From positions 183,290 through 215,289 of the forward strand of contig NZ_NVQC01000017.1 in assembly GCF_003044035.1 (NCBI RefSeq): DNA of 32,000 nt, written 5' to 3'. The position numbers and the translations under genes were made by a program. The notes beneath the pieces were generated by a model. It was not told the origin of the DNA, did not search any database, and worked only from the letters and a program-made list of their open reading frames with translations. Shown here piece after piece: positions 14,749-26,353 of this stretch. The stretch comes from Candidatus Methylomirabilis limnetica (GTDB taxonomy: Bacteria; Methylomirabilota; Methylomirabilia; Methylomirabilales; Methylomirabilaceae). The stretch's first letter is position 1; the number at the start of each line of letters is the position of its first letter.

Positions 14749-15448
14749 CGTGGGCTCCGTTGACGAAGTGGTAGGGAGGCCAGGGGCCGGTGAGGAGGAA
14801 GCTAAGGCGGGGAAACTCTTCCCGGATCTTTGCCACGCCTTCACGGAAGGCGTCCACTCGATCCCGCTCCACCAGATAGGCCCCGGTGAGAAGCAGCCGC
14901 TCTGTGGGGAACCGCTGGAGCCGGCTTTCCCCAGCCAGGGAGGGGAAAGAGGCCTGGAGCTCCTGAATCAACCGCTCCCCCGCCGCTCGAAACCTAGCCC
15001 GATGCCGCTCCTCCGTAAGCCTCCTGTGGAGGTATTCCGTTCCAGGGCCTTCATCGCTAGTCTTTTGATCCACCGCCGTGGCGGAGTCACCAGGCGGTTC
15101 CCAGAGCACCCTGAGCCCCAGCTCCACCTTTCCTGTCACCCGCTCCAGCGCAGAGCGGAATGGCCGAGCGCGTTCGTTGAGGAGCGCGATCGCAGCATCC
15201 TCAGTTCTGAAGAGCGTGTTGAAGCGGGCGGGAAGGACAGGGCGGGAGATCATCACCTCCTCTAGCACCGTCTCGTGGAGGGTCAGGTGGTCTTCGTCGA
15301 CGGGCCATAGGGTGAGCGGCGACCGGCTGACCACAGCGGCTAGGTCCCCCTGCGGAACAAGGAAGACGGGACGCCTCCCGAGCCCAACGATCTGCTGTAA
15401 CAGCGGCGGGGGGAAGGCGACGATCCCGTAAAGGTAGATCCCCTCCAT
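14720..15448 (-). CDS. GvpL/GvpF-family gas vesicle protein (paralogue 5)
   Basis: 242 aa. It has the N-terminal YLYGIV, the VLPARFNT motif, KVELGLRVLW and the C-terminal LTGPWPPYHFV, all hallmarks of GvpL/GvpF. Confidence 0.85.
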   Translation of the reverse strand: MEGIYLYGIVAFPPPLLQQIVGLGRRPVFLVPQGDLAAVVSRSPLTLWPVDEDHLTLHETVLEEVMISRPVLPARFNTLFRTEDAAIALLNERARPFRSALERVTGKVELGLRVLWEPPGDSATAVDQKTSDEGPGTEYLHRRLTEERHRARFRAAGERLIQELQASFPSLAGESRLQRFPTERLLLTGAYLVERDRVDAFREGVAKIREEFPRLSFLLTGPWPPYHFVNGAHDETKDTLGA

Positions 15449-15451
15449 GGC

Positions 15452-15661
15452 TCACTCCTCGACGCTCTTAACACCCCATTCCCTAGCCGTTTCCACAGAG
15501 CAGAGGAGGAGCCGGAGACCAACATAGATGAGGTCCACATCGGCTACGGATAGGGTCACATCCCCCGCTACCACGACGCCCTTGTTGAGGAGGCGGTCCA
15601 GCGTCTCGAGGAGCGTGACCTGCCGTTCCAGGCTGGAAGCAGGCCGGCCGTTATCCTTCAT
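15452..15661 (-). CDS. Short GvpA-family paralogue (GvpM/GvpS-like)
   Basis: The core is TLLETLDRLLNKGVVVAGDVTLSVADVDLIYVGLRLLLCSVETA, the GvpA/J/M alpha-beta-beta-alpha core. I set the start at Met 15661 (69 aa), just overlapping the upstream gene end. The ORF track extends to 15733. Confidence 0.75.
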   Translation of the reverse strand: MKDNGRPASSLERQVTLLETLDRLLNKGVVVAGDVTLSVADVDLIYVGLRLLLCSVETAREWGVKSVEE

Positions 15662-16454
15662 CGTCAAGCCTCGGGACAAAGTGGTATGGTGGCCAGGGGC
15701 CCGAGACAACGAGCCTGAAGGCTTCTTCGGCATGGCTCTGGTTCCACTGCTCCACCCCGGAGAGGAGGTCCTCCACTCCCTCCCGCCTCACGAGACAGGC
15801 CAGATTAAGCACGATCCTCTCCCCCTCTCTGGCCTCGGGGAGGATGGAAGGATACTCCACCAGCTCCACCACTTTCCCCCGGAGGGCCTCCAGCGCCTGA
15901 CTGGCAAGCGCATCTTCACGCTCCTGGGATTTCGTCGAGGCGCTCTCCTCGATTTTTCTCTTGAGGAAGAATGCCAGCCCGGGCGGTTTAGTGCTTGCCT
16001 CGCGGGCCAAGGCAAGGAGCGCCGCATCGTTCTTGAGCACGGCGGCTCGAAGGGCCGTCCGGTCCGCGAACCCCTTCACGCCCCACTCGACCTTATCTCT
16101 CAGGAACTCCAGGGCCTCTTGGATGCGCCGAGTATTCCTCCGAATGACCGACCGGATCGTCCCCGCGTCAAGGAAGATAGTGCCAAACCTCATCGGGAGA
16201 AGCGGACCCGTGGCCAGAGCCGACTCCACGATCGACTCGTGAAGGCGCACTTTCTCCTCCAGCCAAGAGGGGTCCTCCAGGTTGCGGCGGAGAGCCTCCT
16301 CCCCGAACTCGGTCAGGGGGACCGGGCTGGACAGTGCCACGATCCCGTTCTCGGCGATGAGGCTCAAAGGAGAGTGCCCGTCGATTCCCATCATTGGCGG
16401 CAGGTCTCCGTGGGGGGAAAAAGCATAGAGGTACCAGCCAATCTCGGAAGGCAT
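15651..16454 (-). CDS. GvpL/GvpF-family gas vesicle protein (paralogue 4)
   Basis: WYLYAF..., LLPMRFGTIF, KVEWGVKGF and the C-terminal VSGPWPPYHFV. The start at 16454 forms an ATGA overlap with the upstream stop. The ORF track extends to 16475. Confidence 0.85.
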   Translation of the reverse strand: MPSEIGWYLYAFSPHGDLPPMMGIDGHSPLSLIAENGIVALSSPVPLTEFGEEALRRNLEDPSWLEEKVRLHESIVESALATGPLLPMRFGTIFLDAGTIRSVIRRNTRRIQEALEFLRDKVEWGVKGFADRTALRAAVLKNDAALLALAREASTKPPGLAFFLKRKIEESASTKSQEREDALASQALEALRGKVVELVEYPSILPEAREGERIVLNLACLVRREGVEDLLSGVEQWNQSHAEEAFRLVVSGPWPPYHFVPRLDDEG

Positions 16455-17068
16455 CAGCGCTCCTTTGCGTCCCACAGTGGGAGCCGATCGATGAGAAACT
16501 CCACCTGGATTCCCTCTGGCAGGAGCCGATCCACTTCGTGCATCATCCCCAGGAAGAGGAGAGCCACTTCACCCTCCTCCAGGGTCTCGGCAATCCGCTG
16601 GGCGATGAAGGTGTCCCGCGCCTTCAGGATCTCCGCGCTCTCAGCAGCGTAGCTCCGCTTGGCCTCTTCCCGCTCGGCGTCTGTCTGGGCCTCGGTGATC
16701 TGCTTAACGTGGGCGTACTCTCGAAGTAAGAGCTCTGGTGACTCGGTCCCAATCAGCTTCGCCCCCTTGTCAACCAGCTCAAGGACGATCTGGTAGTTCT
16801 TACTCCCCTGGGCTGCCACACCCCGCGCAATCTCCAGCTCTTTCCCCGAGACGGGCAGGCCGTCCTGATAGATCCTGACCCGCTCCCACGGGAGATTCCT
16901 GATCAGGAGCTTCGCCCTGATCCCCTCCCAGACATCATCAATGACCCGTCGGCTCCGCTCCCAGCTTTCGACCCCGAATCGTCTGATGGACTCCTGCCGG
17001 AGCGCCTCCGACTTGGACCCCATATCCGCCATGGTGTGAATGATGGGGACGTAGATGAGCCGCCTCAT
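16454..17068 (-). CDS. Conserved-looking hypothetical protein embedded in the gvp operon (no family recognised)
   Basis: 204 aa from MRRLIYVPIIHTMADMGS..., starting 4 nt after the CheY stop (translational coupling). It has no TM segments or signal peptide. There is a weak, unverified resemblance to the TraB/GumN/ChaN fold (N-terminal IHT, C-terminal LLFLGMMHEVDRLLPEG). Confidence 0.55.
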   Translation of the reverse strand: MRRLIYVPIIHTMADMGSKSEALRQESIRRFGVESWERSRRVIDDVWEGIRAKLLIRNLPWERVRIYQDGLPVSGKELEIARGVAAQGSKNYQIVLELVDKGAKLIGTESPELLLREYAHVKQITEAQTDAEREEAKRSYAAESAEILKARDTFIAQRIAETLEEGEVALLFLGMMHEVDRLLPEGIQVEFLIDRLPLWDAKER

Positions 17069-17072
17069 CGCG

Positions 17073-20540
<3,468 letters not shown>

Positions 20541-20544
<4 letters not shown>

Positions 20545-21056
20545 GCGCTCTTGCCGGCCTTAGCGACAGTGACCTCCAGGATGCCGTTCCGGTAGGAGGT
20601 CTTCAGCGATTCCTGCTTTCCCTTGGCAGGGAGGAGAATCTCTTTGCTGTACTTCCGGTCCTTGCCCTCGGCGGAGATGGTGAGAATGTCATCTTTCAGC
20701 TCTACCCGGACGTCACCGGTATCCACTCCGGGCATCTCGGCAATCACTCGGATGGCCTCGTTCTCATCGAAGACGTCTACCAGCGGCTCCCGCACCTCCT
20801 CGACCACGGCCCCCGCTTCGCCCTTCTTGATGTTGCCGAAGGTCTCGACGGTGGGTTCGCCCCCCAGGCCGACCTTGACGTTGAAGCCGTACACTCCTCT
20901 CAGATCTTTAAGCCGCCCTTTCCCCCTGAGCTCCCCCGTGCGAGTCGTCTCGGTCTTCCCCTCCGCCTCCATCTCCTTGAGGAGCTCGATGAGGTCGCCA
21001 ATTCCCTTGAAGAGGTCGCCGAGGCCGAATCCCGCTCCACCTTTTCGCTCTGTCAT
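20541..21056 (-). CDS. Hsp20/alpha-crystallin-family small heat-shock protein (GvpH-like position)
   Basis: The alpha-crystallin domain reads VIAEMPGVDTGDVRVELKDDILTISAEGKDRKYSKEILLPA...YRNGILEVTV. I set the start at Met 21056 (MTERKGG), preceded by GGGAGGAAG. The ORF track extends to 21104 and would overlap gvpJ. Confidence 0.85.
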
Positions 21057-21072
21057 ATCTTCCTCCCATGCC

Positions 21073-21366
21073 TTACCCGCCGAGGCGGGCCTCAAGTCGG
21101 TCAAGCCGCTCCTTGAGTTGATGGTTCTCCTCTTCCAGGACCCTGGCCTTCGAGGAGAGGGCGGGGTCGCTCTGCCACCAGTCGATTCCCATCTCCTTGG
21201 CCTTCTCCACCGAGGCGACCAGGAGCCGGATCTTGATGGTCAACAACTCGACGTCGGCGAGGCAGATCTTGATGTCGCCGGCGATGACGATCCCCTTGTC
21301 GAGGACCCGTTCCAGGATGTCAGCCAGGCTGGTGGTCTGGATGCTGTGGGGGATGTTCTGTGGCAT
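21073..21366 (-). CDS. gvpJ: Gas vesicle protein GvpJ (GvpA-family paralogue with a C-terminal coiled-coil extension)
   Basis: SLADILERVLDKGIVIAGDIKICLADVELLTIKIRLLVASVEKAKEMGIDWW is the GvpA/J core with the GvpJ-typical GIDWW. The tail is charged and helical (LEEENHQLKERLDRLEARL). Confidence 0.85.
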   Translation of the reverse strand: MPQNIPHSIQTTSLADILERVLDKGIVIAGDIKICLADVELLTIKIRLLVASVEKAKEMGIDWWQSDPALSSKARVLEEENHQLKERLDRLEARLGG

Positions 21367-21375
21367 GTCGTCCCC

Positions 21376-21570
21376 CTACCGTCCCACTCTGGCCGGCTCG
21401 ACCCTCGCCCCGCAGGACGGACAGAACTTGTAGTCATCCTTGTAGATGTACCGCCACGTTCCCCCGCACTCGGGGCATCGCCGTGTTAACGGCTCCCCGC
21501 ACTTCGTGCAATGCTTGAGCGCCCCCCACGTCGTCTCCCCACACCCCGGACACTTGAATGACCCTACCAT
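21376..21570 (-). CDS. Double zinc-ribbon protein
   Basis: 64 aa from MVGSFK, with four CxxC pairs: CPGC...CTKC...CPEC...CPSC. I set the start at Met 21570, 5 nt after the gvpG stop. The ORF track extends to 21603. Confidence 0.6.
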   Translation of the reverse strand: MVGSFKCPGCGETTWGALKHCTKCGEPLTRRCPECGGTWRYIYKDDYKFCPSCGARVEPARVGR

Positions 21571-21574
21571 AGCG

Positions 21575-21907
21575 TTACACCTCCCCTTCATGCGGGGGCC
21601 CACCGCTGCCAGTCACGGCATCGCCCCCACCGGTCTCCGCAGGGCCTGGCACCGCCTCACCTCCCGCCAACTCCACCTCTTCGTCGGCCTGCCGGACGGC
21701 ATTGAGCCTCGCCTCCCATTCCGCTGCTTGCACAGTGTACTCCGCCTCGCCGATCTCGTCCATCTCGTAGAGGAGTTGGAGTTCCAGGAGCTTTTCCTGG
21801 ATGTACCCCTCATCGTTCTGCTCCCGGTCGGCCATCTCGTGGATCTTCTCGAAGACGCCGATGAGGCCCTTGAAGGGGAGCGCGATGAGATCGTCAATGA
21901 GGAGCAT
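21575..21907 (-). CDS. gvpG: Gas vesicle protein GvpG
   Basis: MLLIDDLIALPFKGLIGVFEKIHEMADRE...IQEKLLELQLLYEMDEIGEAEY matches the conserved GvpG N-terminus and the EL...E.GEI..EEY motif. AGGAGAGG SD. Confidence 0.8.
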   Translation of the reverse strand: MLLIDDLIALPFKGLIGVFEKIHEMADREQNDEGYIQEKLLELQLLYEMDEIGEAEYTVQAAEWEARLNAVRQADEEVELAGGEAVPGPAETGGGDAVTGSGGPPHEGEV

Positions 21908-21918
21908 GAATTCCTCTC

Positions 21919-22662
21919 CTAGACCTGAATGACCAGGTTCACGAAGTTGAAGGGGGGGAACCCCCCCACATACTTGAACCTGACCATCTCCCGATACCGC
22001 TCAGCCAGCTCGTCCATTCTCCGATCAAAGGCCGCCTCCTGGTCCCGGTCTATCAGGAAGGCCGCATTCATGATCATCCGCTCCCCCAGGAGCCGATTGG
22101 TCAGGCGGAAGTCGTGACAGGCCCCCTTCAGCGCCTCCACGATCTCCTCCCGGACTCTATCCTTCTCGACCTTAAGGGCCGCCTCCACCATCCTCCCAAC
22201 CTCGACAAGCTGCCAGTGGGCCTGCTGGGGAGGCAGTTTGGCGATGGCCTCTTTCCGCCTCCGGATCTCCCCGTATCGCTCGAGAATCTCTTGGTATATG
22301 AGCGTTTCGTTGAAGATCGCCTTCACCCCCACCTCCACCTTTCCGCGCATCCGCTCCAGGAGGCCCCTGAACTCGACATACTCCCGCTCCAGGATGGCCC
22401 GCACCCTCGCTTCGTTCTCGGCAATAGTGCAGAATCGGGCGGGCAGGACAGTATGGCATTTGAAGACGGCCTCAATGGCCCGCTCGTGAACCAGCGAGTT
22501 CTCCCGAGAGACGGGATAGCGCATGACGGGGGAGTCGCTCACGATGGCTGCAATGTCGCGATACGCGATGGCGGTCAACTCATCATCCCGGCCGCCGATT
22601 CCTAAAAGGCCGAAGCTCTCCTCTCGAGCCTCATCCGTGACGCAATAGATGTACTTTCCCAT
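21919..22662 (-). CDS. GvpL/GvpF-family gas vesicle protein (paralogue 3)
   Basis: From MGKYIYCV...: VLPARFCTI, KVEVGVKAIF and the C-terminal YVGGFPPFNFV. I set the start at Met 22662. The ORF track extends to 22713, overlapping the upstream gene. Confidence 0.85.
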   Translation of the reverse strand: MGKYIYCVTDEAREESFGLLGIGGRDDELTAIAYRDIAAIVSDSPVMRYPVSRENSLVHERAIEAVFKCHTVLPARFCTIAENEARVRAILEREYVEFRGLLERMRGKVEVGVKAIFNETLIYQEILERYGEIRRRKEAIAKLPPQQAHWQLVEVGRMVEAALKVEKDRVREEIVEALKGACHDFRLTNRLLGERMIMNAAFLIDRDQEAAFDRRMDELAERYREMVRFKYVGGFPPFNFVNLVIQV

Positions 22663-22681
22663 AGAGGAAATCCCTTCTGAG

Positions 22682-23434
22682 TCACTCGTCAGGGTGGAGG
22701 ATGATGTTGACAAAGTTGTAAGGGGGGACTGGCCCCACGTAGGCGAACTTCACGCGTTCCCGGTATCGAAGGGACAGCCGCTCCATCTGGTCGTCGAACT
22801 CCTTCTCCCTGGCCCGATCCACCAGGAATGCAGCGTTGAGGAACATCCTGTCGCCGACGGTCGCGTTGAGACGGTGCTCCGCAGCCAGACGCCTCAATAC
22901 CCAGAGGATCTGCTCTCCCTCCCCCTCCTTCTTCGCCTCCAGGGCGGCCTGGACCATCTTGCCGATGGCGATCCGCTGAGGATGGGTCTGACGGGACGGC
23001 TGCCTGGCGATCTCCGCCTTCAGATGCTTAATCGCCTCGTTCTCATCCACGATCTCCTGGAAGAGGAGATCCATCTCCCGCCAGAAGGCCTTCACCCCCA
23101 GCTCCACCTTCCCGTCCAGGTCTCGCAGGAGATGTTTCAGTTCCTGGTACCGCCGCTCCAGGAGCTGCCGGATCTCCTCAGCGTTCTGGGCGACAGTGCA
23201 GTATCTGACCGGGAGGACAGTATGCTCGTTCATGACTCGCTCCAGTACCCGCTCATGGGCCAGGAGGTTCGCCTTGCTGACCTCATACTTGCGCAAGGGT
23301 GCAGTACTCATGACCGCGCTGAGATCCCGGTAGGCGATGGTCTCGACCTCCCGGCCGCCCAGGCCGATGGGGCCGAAGTTCCTTTCCTCGTTGGTCCCGA
23401 TGATCGCATACAGGTACTTCCCCTCCTCACGCAC
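22682..23434 (-). CDS. GvpL/GvpF-family gas vesicle protein (paralogue 2)
   Basis: GKYLYAIIG, VLPVRYCTV, KVELGVKAFW and YVGPVPPYNFV. The GTG start overlaps the upstream stop by 8 nt. Confidence 0.85.
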   Translation of the reverse strand: MREEGKYLYAIIGTNEERNFGPIGLGGREVETIAYRDLSAVMSTAPLRKYEVSKANLLAHERVLERVMNEHTVLPVRYCTVAQNAEEIRQLLERRYQELKHLLRDLDGKVELGVKAFWREMDLLFQEIVDENEAIKHLKAEIARQPSRQTHPQRIAIGKMVQAALEAKKEGEGEQILWVLRRLAAEHRLNATVGDRMFLNAAFLVDRAREKEFDDQMERLSLRYRERVKFAYVGPVPPYNFVNIILHPDE

Positions 23435-24479
23435 CGGCGGGCTCCTGAGACAATTGAAAGAGTTTTACTGCCACAGTGTCCAGGACGTCTGGCGCGCGAA
23501 AGGATGAGCCCACCTGGCTGTATTCCCCCAGAAGCCGGTAGGCCCGCGTCACCGCCTCGAATGCGCCGTTGGCCTTCTGGCCGACCTTGCCCCCATCGGA
23601 GATAAGGTCTGGATGGCACTGCTGGACGAGCCGCCGGTAGGCCTCCTTGGCATCCTGAAGGGTGGCCTGTTCCCCCAGTTCCAAGAGCCGCCGCGCGGAG
23701 TCAATCTCCTCAAACTCGAATGACCTGACCTCAACGGTGGCAAAACTGTATGGGGGAAGTGGCCCCACGCAGCGAAAATCGATGGCGTTGTCGTATCGGT
23801 TGTTCAGCCGCTCCAGAGCCTTGCCGACTTCTCCTTCCCTGTCCCTGTCCACCAAGAAGGCGGTGTTCAGGATCATTCGATCGTCCAGAAGAGCATGAGG
23901 GCAGAGGCCGTGGGCCAAGGGCTTGAGGGCTAGGGCGATCTCAGCGCCCAGGGCCTCCCGTCGCTGATCCAGCCGGACCTTGACCATCTGACCGACTCTG
24001 ATCCGTTCTTCCGTGGTCTCCTGCGGGGACCGGTCCGCGATTGCGGCCCTGTTCTGCCTGATCTCCGGCTCTTCGCCGATCTGCCGTAACACCGAAATGA
24101 GGTCGCGCCACTGGGCCACCAGGTTGAGCTCAATCTTCCCCTCCATAGCCTCCAGGGCGGCCGTAAGCTGGGGGTAGCCTGACTCCAGGATCTTCCGCAC
24201 CCGGGCCTCATCCCGAGCCATAGTCCCGAACTTCACGGGTACCACTGTCTGGCGCTTCATGACCTGCTCGAGGACGACCTGATGGGTGAAGAGGTATGGG
24301 ATGACCTCCTCCTTCTTCATGGACTTGTAGGCCCGGATAGGAGTGAGGCTGACGAGAGCTGTCAGACCGCGATGGCAGACGTCTGAGACCTGACGCCCAT
24401 CGAGGCCGATCAGGCCGGAGTCTACCTGCACGCCATTCCCGAGAACACAGTAGAGGTGGAGGGCTTCCATAATTATCAT
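23427..24479 (-). CDS. GvpL/GvpF-family domain fused to a C-terminal DnaJ J-domain
   Basis: The N-terminal roughly 255 aa read LHLYCVLG, VVPVKFGTM, KIELNLVAQW and CVGPLPPYSFATV. The C-terminal part, LELGEQATLQDAKEAYRRLVQQCHPDLISDGG...AFEAVTRAYRLLGEY, has an intact HPD tripeptide. The start at 24479 forms an ATGA overlap with the zinc-finger gene stop. Confidence 0.85.
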   Translation of the reverse strand: MIIMEALHLYCVLGNGVQVDSGLIGLDGRQVSDVCHRGLTALVSLTPIRAYKSMKKEEVIPYLFTHQVVLEQVMKRQTVVPVKFGTMARDEARVRKILESGYPQLTAALEAMEGKIELNLVAQWRDLISVLRQIGEEPEIRQNRAAIADRSPQETTEERIRVGQMVKVRLDQRREALGAEIALALKPLAHGLCPHALLDDRMILNTAFLVDRDREGEVGKALERLNNRYDNAIDFRCVGPLPPYSFATVEVRSFEFEEIDSARRLLELGEQATLQDAKEAYRRLVQQCHPDLISDGGKVGQKANGAFEAVTRAYRLLGEYSQVGSSFRAPDVLDTVAVKLFQLSQEPAGA

Positions 24480-24877
24480 CCCTTCGCTTGGACGAGTGCC
24501 TGGACAACGCCCTTGCCGCGGCACGCCAGGCAGGGGAGCTTGCTGTTGGCCTCAATCCCGCTGCCCCGGCACTGGCGGCATTCGGTGAAGGGCTCTTTGA
24601 CGGGGACGACCCCTTTGCCCCGACAGACAATGCAAGTAATGTTGGTCTGGGGATTGGCCTCACCCCTTCCACCGCAATAGGCGCAGATGATAGCCGGTGG
24701 GTCAACTTCCACACTGCCTGCACCCCGGCAGACGGGGCATTGGATCCCCTTCGAGCGGGGGAGGACTCCGGTCCCGCGACAGAAGGCGCAGGAGAAGATC
24801 CTCCCCGGGACGACCTCTCGCCCCCTCTTTGCGGCCGTCCCCCTCCGCCAGGAGCCCCACTCCATCAGCTTCATCAT
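24476..24877 (-). CDS. DnaJ-type cysteine-rich zinc-finger protein (six CxxCxGxG repeats), paralogue 1
   Basis: 133 aa with CAFCRGTG, CPVCRGAG, CAYCGGRG, CIVCRGKG, CRQCRGSG and CLACRGKG. This is the CxxCxGxG repeat of the DnaJ central domain, present six times with no J-domain or C-terminal client-binding domain. Confidence 0.8.
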   Translation of the reverse strand: MMKLMEWGSWRRGTAAKRGREVVPGRIFSCAFCRGTGVLPRSKGIQCPVCRGAGSVEVDPPAIICAYCGGRGEANPQTNITCIVCRGKGVVPVKEPFTECRQCRGSGIEANSKLPCLACRGKGVVQALVQAKG

Positions 24878-24906
24878 GATACCCTATCCCCTCCCCAGTG
24901 ATCTCA

Positions 24907-25227
24907 TCAGTAGTTCATGGAGAACGTTTTCCACTTCTTCGCGGGGGCGTTCCGCGCTGTTGCCGTTTCCCCTGCATTGCTGGGGCGTTCTGACTGAGCC
25001 GGCCGCTCCAGGTCCTCCATCTGCCGATGGATATCAGAGAGACGCTTCTGGATTCCCTGGCTGCGCTTGGCCAGGAGGGCCGCCTCCTTGTCGAGCCGCC
25101 CCTTCTCCACCCGCAGCATGTAGAGCTCGAGGTAGGTGGACCCCTGCCTCCGGGGTATGGCGCGCTGGCCGGTGGTGTGCAGGCTCCGGATGTCCCGGAG
25201 CCCAGTGACGTCCGTGACCCCTCTCAT
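24907..25227 (-). CDS. Hypothetical coiled-coil protein in the gvp operon
   Basis: 106 aa with a GGGAGG SD. The central predicted helix is STYLELYMLRVEKGRLDKEAALLAKRSQGIQKRLSDIHRQMEDLE. I recognise no family. Confidence 0.5.
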   Translation of the reverse strand: MRGVTDVTGLRDIRSLHTTGQRAIPRRQGSTYLELYMLRVEKGRLDKEAALLAKRSQGIQKRLSDIHRQMEDLERPAQSERPSNAGETATARNAPAKKWKTFSMNY

Positions 25228-25240
25228 GGCTGCCTCCCGA

Positions 25241-25408
25241 TCACCGGGCGCTCTCGCGCGCGGAGAGTAGAAGCTGCTTCTTCTTGCTGGCCCCCACCAC
25301 CTTCAACTCCACCAGTTGGCCGGCCTTGAGCCCCACTTCCAGCCGGATGTTGTTGGGGATGGAGAGCTTCCCATCGGCGTCTACCTTTGCAAAGGCTCGC
25401 ATCAGCAT
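25241..25408 (-). CDS. Unlisted 55-aa AbrB/SpoVT/MazE-fold (swapped-hairpin) protein
   Basis: Below the 60-aa ORF-track cutoff. A GGAGGTGG SD lies 6 nt before the ATG at 25408. The translation is MLMRAFAKVDADGKLSIPNNIRLEVGLKAGQLVELKVVGASKKKQLLLSARESAR*. It matches the SpoVT-AbrB signature (k.d..Gr.sIP..iR..lgl..Gd.vel) and exactly fills the gvpN/next-gene gap. Confidence 0.6.
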   Translation of the reverse strand: MLMRAFAKVDADGKLSIPNNIRLEVGLKAGQLVELKVVGASKKKQLLLSARESAR

Positions 25409-25423
25409 CAGAGCCACCTCCCC

Positions 25424-26344
25424 TCAGCAGTATTGTTTGACGATCTTCTTCACCAGCTCCCTGACCTTGGCCTGATTGCTCTTGCTCCCCACCCGACTCG
25501 TCTCCGAGGCCAGAATGTCCTGGCAGACCTGCCGGAAGACTCCACTGGACCCCTTGACGTGGCCATTGAGCACCGTGAGGGATCTGGCGATCATGATCGC
25601 GCCGCGGACGGTGGGAGAGAATTCACACGCTCCCGACTCCCGGAGGGCCCGGACGACCTTGACGATCTTCTCCGCCTCCTTCCGGGGGAGACCGGACTTA
25701 GCCTGGGTGATGGCGGCCTCCGTTTCCTCATCGAAGTGGTCCAAGTCCATGGTGATCATTCGGTCGCGGAGGGCATCCTGGCTCCGGTGGACGCCGGCGT
25801 ACTCCTCGGGGTTCGAGGTGAAGATCGCCGTGAAGTTCGGATCGACCCTCAAGTAGGTCTCCTCCCCCCCACGACGGATGGGGAGGTCCAGCATCCGCTC
25901 CTGGAGAATGGCGAGAAAGATGTTGTTGGCCTCGGGCCGGGAGCGGGTGAACTCGTCGTAGATGAGGGTGAAGCCGTACTTGCAGGCAATGGTGAGGCGG
26001 TTATCGACCCACCGCTTGACCATGTCTTCCTCGACCTTCAGGACCCGGGAAACGAAGCGGTCAATGACCTTCCTCAGGTGATAGCCGTACTCTCCTCCCA
26101 CCAGGTCCGAGGTGGTGTACTCTTCGTCGCCGTGGATTAGCACGACAGGACGTTCGAGCTTCGAGGCCACATGGAGGGCCAGGGTGGTCTTGCCCGTGCC
26201 GGAGGCCCCCCGGAAGTGAATCGGGAAGCCCGCCTTGATATAGCCCATGGCCCGTTCGGTGAGGTCTTTGACATGCTTTGTTTCCACAAAATCCGGCAAC
26301 GGGGCAGGCTCGATGACCGTGCTGAGTTCCTCTATACCTCTCAT
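25424..26344 (-). CDS. gvpN: Gas vesicle protein GvpN (AAA+ ATPase)
   Basis: 306 aa. FVETKHVKDLTERAMGYIKAGFPIHFRGASGTGKTTLALHVA...RPVVLIHGD and Walker B LIYDEFTRS match the characteristic GvpN sequence. AGGAGG SD. Confidence 0.9.
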   Translation of the reverse strand: MRGIEELSTVIEPAPLPDFVETKHVKDLTERAMGYIKAGFPIHFRGASGTGKTTLALHVASKLERPVVLIHGDEEYTTSDLVGGEYGYHLRKVIDRFVSRVLKVEEDMVKRWVDNRLTIACKYGFTLIYDEFTRSRPEANNIFLAILQERMLDLPIRRGGEETYLRVDPNFTAIFTSNPEEYAGVHRSQDALRDRMITMDLDHFDEETEAAITQAKSGLPRKEAEKIVKVVRALRESGACEFSPTVRGAIMIARSLTVLNGHVKGSSGVFRQVCQDILASETSRVGSKSNQAKVRELVKKIVKQYC

Positions 26345-26353
26345 GGATACCTC

